In this document: in pieces, positions 59,032 to 64,000 of the stretch
Layout: each line of letters begins with the position of its first letter
Numbering within the stretch: position 1 is the first letter of the stretch
The notes under the pieces: generated by a model
Told to the model about the DNA's origin: nothing
The model's database searches: none
Seen by the model: only the letters and a program-made list of their open reading frames with translations
Made by a program: the position numbers and the translations under genes
Origin: Bacteroidota bacterium
GTDB lineage: Bacteria > Bacteroidota > Bacteroidia > AKYH767-A > 2013-40CM-41-45
Assembly (NCBI GenBank): GCA_031417555.1
Contig: JANOVV010000112.1
Coordinates: 45,559 to 109,558 of the forward strand
Direction of reading: 5' to 3'
DNA: 64,000 nt

Positions 59032-60822
59032 TCAACGGCTGCTGTCACTATTTTCAAATTGTATCTCATACAATTCTCTATACAATCCATTTAGCTTAAG
59101 TAATTGCTGATGACTTCCCTCCTCCATTTTCATTCCTTTGTCGAGAACAATTATCCTGTCGGCATTTTGAATGGTTGCTAAACGATGGGCAATTACAATA
59201 GAAGTTCTTTGATAAGTAAGTTTGGACGTTGCCAGTTGTATTAATTCTTCTGATTCGCTGTCGATCGATGATGTGGCTTCATCGAGGATGAGAATTTTTG
59301 GATTGAAAACATAGGCACGAATAAATGAAATTAATTGTCTTTGTCCAACCGAAAGCATCCCGCCTCTTTCCATGACATTGAAATCATAATTACCCGGAAG
59401 CCGGCTAATAAAATTGTGCGCGCCTATGGCTATGGAAGCTTCAATAACTTGTTCTCTTGAAACAGAAGGATCATTTAATGTAATATTATTAAAAATGGTA
59501 TCCGAAAAAAGAAAAACATCTTGAAGTACAACGGCAATTTGTTTTCTTAATTCAAAAAGGTTATAATTTCTGATATCAACATCGTCAATTAAAACACTAC
59601 CTTTTTGATATTCATAAAGTCTGCCAACGAGGTTAATAATGGAAGATTTACCCGCACCGGTGGCGCCAATAAAAGCCAACATTTCTCCGGGCCTGACTTC
59701 GAAACTAATATCTTTTAAAATCCATTCCGGTTGAGCATTCTCCATGACGGGAAGATCACTATAGGCAAACCAAACATTTTTAAATTGAATTTTTCCTTCG
59801 ATAGATTTAATGAACGTTCCATCGTTAGAAATAAATTCATTTGTATCAAGTACACGTAAAACTCTTTCGCTGCTTACCATACCCATTTGAAGCGTATTGA
59901 ATTTATCCGCTAATTCCCGAATAGGACGAAACAACATATTGATAAACATAATAAAGGCTACGACATTTCCCAATGAAACATCGCCGAGAATTACACCGTG
60001 TGATCCCCACCATACCAGCAAGCCTATGGATGTAGCTGAGAGTAATTCGACAATGGGAAAAAAAATTGAATAATACCAAACGGATCGTACATGAGCTTTC
60101 ATGTGATCTTTATTGATAGCCTTGAATCGTCGCATCTCTTCATCTTCGCGATTGAAAGCCTGAACTACGCTCATACCGGTAATATGTTCCTGTACAAATG
60201 TATTCAGCAAAGCAACCTGAGTACGTACTTCGCGGAAAGTCTTATTTATCCCTTTCTGAAAAATTCGTGTTGCGACAAAAAGAACAGGCATTGTAGAAAG
60301 GCTTATGAGAGCAAGTCGCCAGTCTATAACAAACATTACGGCTATGATTACAAACAATTGAAGTAAATCACCAATTATTACGATAAGACCTTCACTGAAA
60401 ATATCAGCAATAGTTTCAAGGTCGCTGATAGTTCGAGTAACGAGTGTTCCTATGGGGGTATGATCAAAATATTTTAATCTCAATTGGCTGATATGCCTGA
60501 ATAATTTTACCCGTAAATCCTTAATCACAACTTGTCCGAGCCAACTTGTTATATAGGTATGATAATATTGAACGAGTGTTTGAAAAAGTAGAAGAAACGT
60601 CATTACAACCATCATGAGCAACAATCCATGCTGGTCAAAAGTCATAATATAATGATCAATGGTGTACTTAATTAATATAGGTCTGACAGGAGATATCAGA
60701 GCAATAAGCAACGTTAAACCAACAGCAATTCGAAATTTCTTTTTATAAGGTTTTACAAAAGCATAGATGCGTCTGAGAATCGATATATCAAATGCTTTTC
60801 CGCTTATAGTTTTTTTTGCCAT
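59032..60822 (-). CDS. ABC transporter permease/ATP-binding fusion protein (MsbA-like exporter)
   Basis: Six TM helices in the N-terminal half. Walker A GATGAGKSS, ABC signature LSVGQRQ, and Walker B ILILDEATS. Confidence 0.85.
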   Translation of the reverse strand: MAKKTISGKAFDISILRRIYAFVKPYKKKFRIAVGLTLLIALISPVRPILIKYTIDHYIMTFDQHGLLLMMVVMTFLLLFQTLVQYYHTYITSWLGQVVIKDLRVKLFRHISQLRLKYFDHTPIGTLVTRTISDLETIADIFSEGLIVIIGDLLQLFVIIAVMFVIDWRLALISLSTMPVLFVATRIFQKGINKTFREVRTQVALLNTFVQEHITGMSVVQAFNREDEEMRRFKAINKDHMKAHVRSVWYYSIFFPIVELLSATSIGLLVWWGSHGVILGDVSLGNVVAFIMFINMLFRPIRELADKFNTLQMGMVSSERVLRVLDTNEFISNDGTFIKSIEGKIQFKNVWFAYSDLPVMENAQPEWILKDISFEVRPGEMLAFIGATGAGKSSIINLVGRLYEYQKGSVLIDDVDIRNYNLFELRKQIAVVLQDVFLFSDTIFNNITLNDPSVSREQVIEASIAIGAHNFISRLPGNYDFNVMERGGMLSVGQRQLISFIRAYVFNPKILILDEATSSIDSESEELIQLATSKLTYQRTSIVIAHRLATIQNADRIIVLDKGMKMEEGSHQQLLKLNGLYRELYEIQFENSDSSR

Positions 60823-61565
60823 CAGAATACAGGAAAAGGATATGTTATATCAGTAAGATAAAGTCCGTGTGCAGGAACAGAAACTCCTGCTTCGCTCCTG
60901 CTTCGGCTTTCCAGAATATCTGCAAATTCTTTATCATTCATTTTATTTAAACCTGCTTTTAAAAGTGTGCCGACAATGGCTCGCACCATGTTCCGCAAAA
61001 AACGGTCTGCAGTAATAGTAAAAATTAGTTCGTCACCTTCATTCTTCCATTGAGCATTAGTTATTTTGCAAATATTTGTAAGAGTTTGGGTATTCGATTT
61101 ACTGAAACTTGAAAAATCATTATGATCTAAGAGTTTTTCAGCAACGATATTCATTCTTTCAATATCAGGATTAAAAGGAAAAAAATATGCACGATCTCTC
61201 AAAAACGGATCTTTTTTTCTGTACAGTCGATAGACATATGTTCTAGAAGTTGCACTAAAACGAGCATGATCCCTCTCACCGACAGGAAAAATGGAATGAG
61301 TAACAATTGCATGAGGTAATACTGAATTTAGCTGATGAATCAATTCGTTTGTATTTTGAATTTCATCATTTTCAAAATGAGCGAAAAATTTTTTTGCATG
61401 AACACCGGTATCCGTGCGTCCACATCCTATTGTTTCAATATCTTTTATTTTAAGTACCATACCCAAAGCATTATTCAATTCAGACTGAACACTATTTGCA
61501 TTTTTCTGAATCTGCCAACCATGAAATTTTGCGCCGTCGAAAGAAAGTCTGATAAAATAGCGCAT
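60822..61565 (-). CDS. truA: tRNA pseudouridine(38-40) synthase
   Basis: Catalytic motif GCGRTDTGVHA; 247 aa. Confidence 0.9.
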   Translation of the reverse strand: MRYFIRLSFDGAKFHGWQIQKNANSVQSELNNALGMVLKIKDIETIGCGRTDTGVHAKKFFAHFENDEIQNTNELIHQLNSVLPHAIVTHSIFPVGERDHARFSATSRTYVYRLYRKKDPFLRDRAYFFPFNPDIERMNIVAEKLLDHNDFSSFSKSNTQTLTNICKITNAQWKNEGDELIFTITADRFLRNMVRAIVGTLLKAGLNKMNDKEFADILESRSRSEAGVSVPAHGLYLTDITYPFPVF

Positions 61566-61646
61566 GGAAGTTGTTAGTAGTTAGTCTTTAGATATTAGTA
61601 ATTAGTTAATAGCATAAGGTTTATCTTGATACTTGATACTATTTTT

Positions 61647-63740
61647 TCAATGCGGATACTCAACTCTGACATGATAAATGCTTATCAACATTTTCTTAAA
61701 AAGTTTTCTGAGTTCGGAAATATCTTTTAAAGTGATCGGAGAATTATCGAATTGTTTTTGTTCAATTTGATTATCAATAATCTGGTCAACCAATTCACTG
61801 ATATGAGTTGCGTCTGCATTTTTTAAGCTTCGGGAGGCGGCTTCAACGGAATCGGCCATCATGAGTACAGCTGTTTCTCTGGAAAAAGGAAGAGGTCCTG
61901 GGTAACGGAAAATTTCTTCTTCGGGAGTTTTTTCCGGAAAATTTTTCAGAAATGACTGATAGAAATATTGCAATCGTCCGGTACCGTGATGAGTGCGGAT
62001 AAAATCAATAATCTGTTCAGGTAATCCGTGCTTTTTAGCTTTTTCAATACCGCGTATAACATGACTTTTTATTATCCTGGCGCTTTCTTCAAAAGAAATA
62101 TCATCATGCGGATTATTAAGAGTATTTTGGTTTTCGATAAAATAAATTGGCATATCGATTTTTCCAATATCATGATACATGGCTCCGGCACGAACCATTA
62201 ATGGATTGCCACCAATATGATAAATAGCAGCCTCTGCCAGGTTTGCAACTTGCAAGCTATGCTGAAAGGTTCCGGGAGCTTTCATGGAAAGTTCTCTTAG
62301 CAACGATGAATTGGAATCAGCTAACTCCATCAGAGAAACATCAGAAAGAAATCCGAAAGCTTTCTCAAAAATAAAAATCAATGGAAATGCAAATAATGTT
62401 ATGATAGAATTTCCCAAAAACCATTTTAAATTCATCCAATCAATGCTTTTCAGGTTTGCTTCATGTAAAATAGTTACACCGATAAATGAAATTGAATATG
62501 ACATGAAAATCATCAACACAGAAATAAAGAATTGAACTCTGCGGCTCATATTTACAATCGTAAAAATGGCCACCATTCCGGCAACTGTTTGAATAAACAT
62601 AAATTCGAAACCGCTCGGAGCTTCGAAGCCGATTATTAGTAGTGTAACAATATGTGTGAATAAAGCGGTACGTGTATCATAAAATGCTCTAACAATGATG
62701 GGAAGAATACATACCGGTACCAGATACATATCAAAGACATTAATTTTTCTTGCCCAAAGGAAAAGGAATATAACAAGAAGTATCAAAAGCATTAAAAGAA
62801 GAATACGGGAATTATCATCGTAAACATCTTTTCTGAAAAGGTAAAGAAAAATAATCAGCATGCCTATTGCGAGAGAAACAAGAATGAAGTGACCTAAATA
62901 CATCATCCATCGAGTAGTTCCGCTATATTCCTGATGTTTCATTTCACTTTTAAGTGACTCAAGTTTTTGAAATTTCTGATCATCTACCACTTCTCCTTTT
63001 AATATGACTACTTCATCTTTTTGAACCAGTCCATACGAAAGAGAAATCTTATCCAACATCTGTTTTGTCCATTGTCGGGTAGCAACATCATCATAAAGCA
63101 CATTATGTTCGAGAGCATTTTCGAGTAAAGGCGACAATAATATTTTATCGGCAGTAGAAATGTTCTCGAGTTGTTCCGTAATAAATGTAAAGGCCGATTG
63201 AACAGTAAAATAATCCTGCAAGTTGAGTTCTTCAGCAATATTATCCCGAACGACAGTAATAATTCCATCCGGATTGTTACCGATAGATTGGTCGTCGATA
63301 AGAATTATTCCTTTCTCATAAACCATTTTTAATATTTGCAAACCTATGGCAGACTGCGCTTGCCTGAGCTTTGTCAGTTGTTCTTTTTCTTTTGACCCAT
63401 GCGATTGGTTTTCATATTTATTCTTCCAGACCTCATTGATTTCATTTTGAAAAGAAATAATTTTCTGAGTTTCAATTTTTTCATCAAAGCGGTAAAAAGG
63501 ATGAGCATTTTTCATGGTACCTGCTCTTTCTTCGTTTAATTCACCTTCCGTTTTATTGATGGCAAAATCAAACGGTGCCAGCAGATTATCAAAAGCCCAG
63601 GGTTTACCTTTTTGGAAAGTATAATTAAATTGCGTTTCCTTAGGAAGAGAAAGTACGATAATGAAAATAGTAATAAAAATTAATATAAATTTCGAAATGA
63701 TTTCGTGCTGATTCGAAAGACGAATAAAGTAACTCTTCAT
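61647..63740 (-). CDS. 7TM receptor with intracellular HD/HDIG phosphohydrolase domain (7TMR-HD)
   Basis: An N-terminal extracellular region. A seven-TM block follows. C-terminal HD domain (HSLQVANLAE...MYHDIGK...HHGT). Confidence 0.8.
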   Translation of the reverse strand: MKSYFIRLSNQHEIISKFILIFITIFIIVLSLPKETQFNYTFQKGKPWAFDNLLAPFDFAINKTEGELNEERAGTMKNAHPFYRFDEKIETQKIISFQNEINEVWKNKYENQSHGSKEKEQLTKLRQAQSAIGLQILKMVYEKGIILIDDQSIGNNPDGIITVVRDNIAEELNLQDYFTVQSAFTFITEQLENISTADKILLSPLLENALEHNVLYDDVATRQWTKQMLDKISLSYGLVQKDEVVILKGEVVDDQKFQKLESLKSEMKHQEYSGTTRWMMYLGHFILVSLAIGMLIIFLYLFRKDVYDDNSRILLLMLLILLVIFLFLWARKINVFDMYLVPVCILPIIVRAFYDTRTALFTHIVTLLIIGFEAPSGFEFMFIQTVAGMVAIFTIVNMSRRVQFFISVLMIFMSYSISFIGVTILHEANLKSIDWMNLKWFLGNSIITLFAFPLIFIFEKAFGFLSDVSLMELADSNSSLLRELSMKAPGTFQHSLQVANLAEAAIYHIGGNPLMVRAGAMYHDIGKIDMPIYFIENQNTLNNPHDDISFEESARIIKSHVIRGIEKAKKHGLPEQIIDFIRTHHGTGRLQYFYQSFLKNFPEKTPEEEIFRYPGPLPFSRETAVLMMADSVEAASRSLKNADATHISELVDQIIDNQIEQKQFDNSPITLKDISELRKLFKKMLISIYHVRVEYPH

Positions 63741-63846
63741 ATTGCGACGAAATTACTAAAAAATGTCAGTTGTTTGTGCTTATTAGGAATTGGTTATTTG
63801 TTACTTGTTAATGGTAAATCGTAAATAATTTAATATTTGTTTTAAG

Positions 63847-63866
63847 AAAATGGTAATTGCCATTTT
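63847..63866. promoter_or_regulatory. 20-bp near-perfect palindrome (candidate operator) upstream of the thiolase gene
   Basis: AAAATGGTAATTGCCATTTT: 9 of 10 symmetric pairs; about 90 bp upstream of the ATG. Confidence 0.3.
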
Positions 63867-63929
63867 CATATTCGTAATAACACCAATTTTATTAACCTTT
63901 TTGAGAAGTTAAAACTCAAAACATATTAC

Positions 63930-63937
63930 TAACTTTG
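63930..63937 (+). promoter_or_regulatory. Bacteroidota sigmaA-type -7 promoter element (TAnnTTTG) for the thiolase gene
   Basis: TAACTTTG, 19 nt upstream of the ATG at 63956. Confidence 0.4.
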
Positions 63938-63955
63938 CGGCACAAATATAAATTT

Positions 63956-64000
63956 ATGAAAGAAGTAGTAATAGTATCAGCCATACGCACACCGATTGGT
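63956..64000 (+). CDS. Acetyl-CoA C-acyltransferase (thiolase); 5' fragment only
   Basis: MKEVVIVSAIRTPIG is the classical thiolase N-terminus; preceded by a TAnnTTTG -7 box. Confidence 0.6.
   Translation, partial: MKEVVIVSAIRTPIG

Noticed and set aside
1-64000. Integrases, transposases or prophage genes that would mark a genomic island
   Set aside because: No ORF showed recombinase or transposase motifs (DDE, tyrosine-recombinase R..H..R..Y). The composition is uniform apart from Ala-rich low-complexity patches.

Overview
This is an AT-rich Bacteroidota-type chromosomal segment. Three things point to that phylum: the -7 promoter boxes match TAnnTTTG, there are T9SS type A and type B C-terminal sorting domains, and a PorP/SprF-like gene lies next to its cargo. 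I can support about 47 protein-coding genes, almost all housekeeping or cell-envelope, and one partial CDS at each window edge. I found no rRNA, tRNA, CRISPR array, integrase or transposase. The recognisable content is listed below.

- **DNA repair and recombination:** recR, uvrB, and a DnaQ-like exonuclease.
- **Aromatic biosynthesis:** aroE and aroC.
- **Arginine and polyamine module:** an arginase-family gene translationally coupled to argS, with a short SpeA-like decarboxylase transcribed divergently.
- **Partial histidine-utilisation pair:** hutI and ftcD.
- **2-oxoacid dehydrogenase components:** E2 and a fused E1 alpha/beta, located far apart.
- **T9SS and envelope cluster:** BNR cargo, PorP/SprF-like, type B cargo, DUF4139, OmpA/TPR/PD40 and AsmA-like genes.
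- **Lipid module:** an LtaS-family sulfatase-like transferase co-operonic with YegS-type and DgkA-type lipid kinases.
- **Other housekeeping genes:** hemJ, bshA, a GH3/beta-lactamase fusion, plsY, prmA, tpiA, truA, an ABC exporter, a 7TM-HD protein, and the 5' end of a thiolase.

I see no obvious novel protein system (defence island, toxin module or mobile element). The features I would look at again are mostly non-coding or architectural.

- **38295-38621:** a roughly 330-bp composite inverted-repeat element, MITE-like or a structured RNA, between convergent genes.
- **22246-22346:** a helically phased CTTTGTG/CACAAAG motif array with a 19-bp hairpin, between the PorP-like gene and the BNR cargo gene.
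- **41100-41785:** tandem paralogous Ala-rich mini-lipoproteins, each with a duplicated promoter.
- **2243-4210:** a GT2 glycosyltransferase fused to what looks like a degenerate phosphoglycosyl-transferase remnant.
- **Other candidate sites:** several candidate operator repeats and palindromes.

All protein family calls rest on motif recognition by eye, without database searches.
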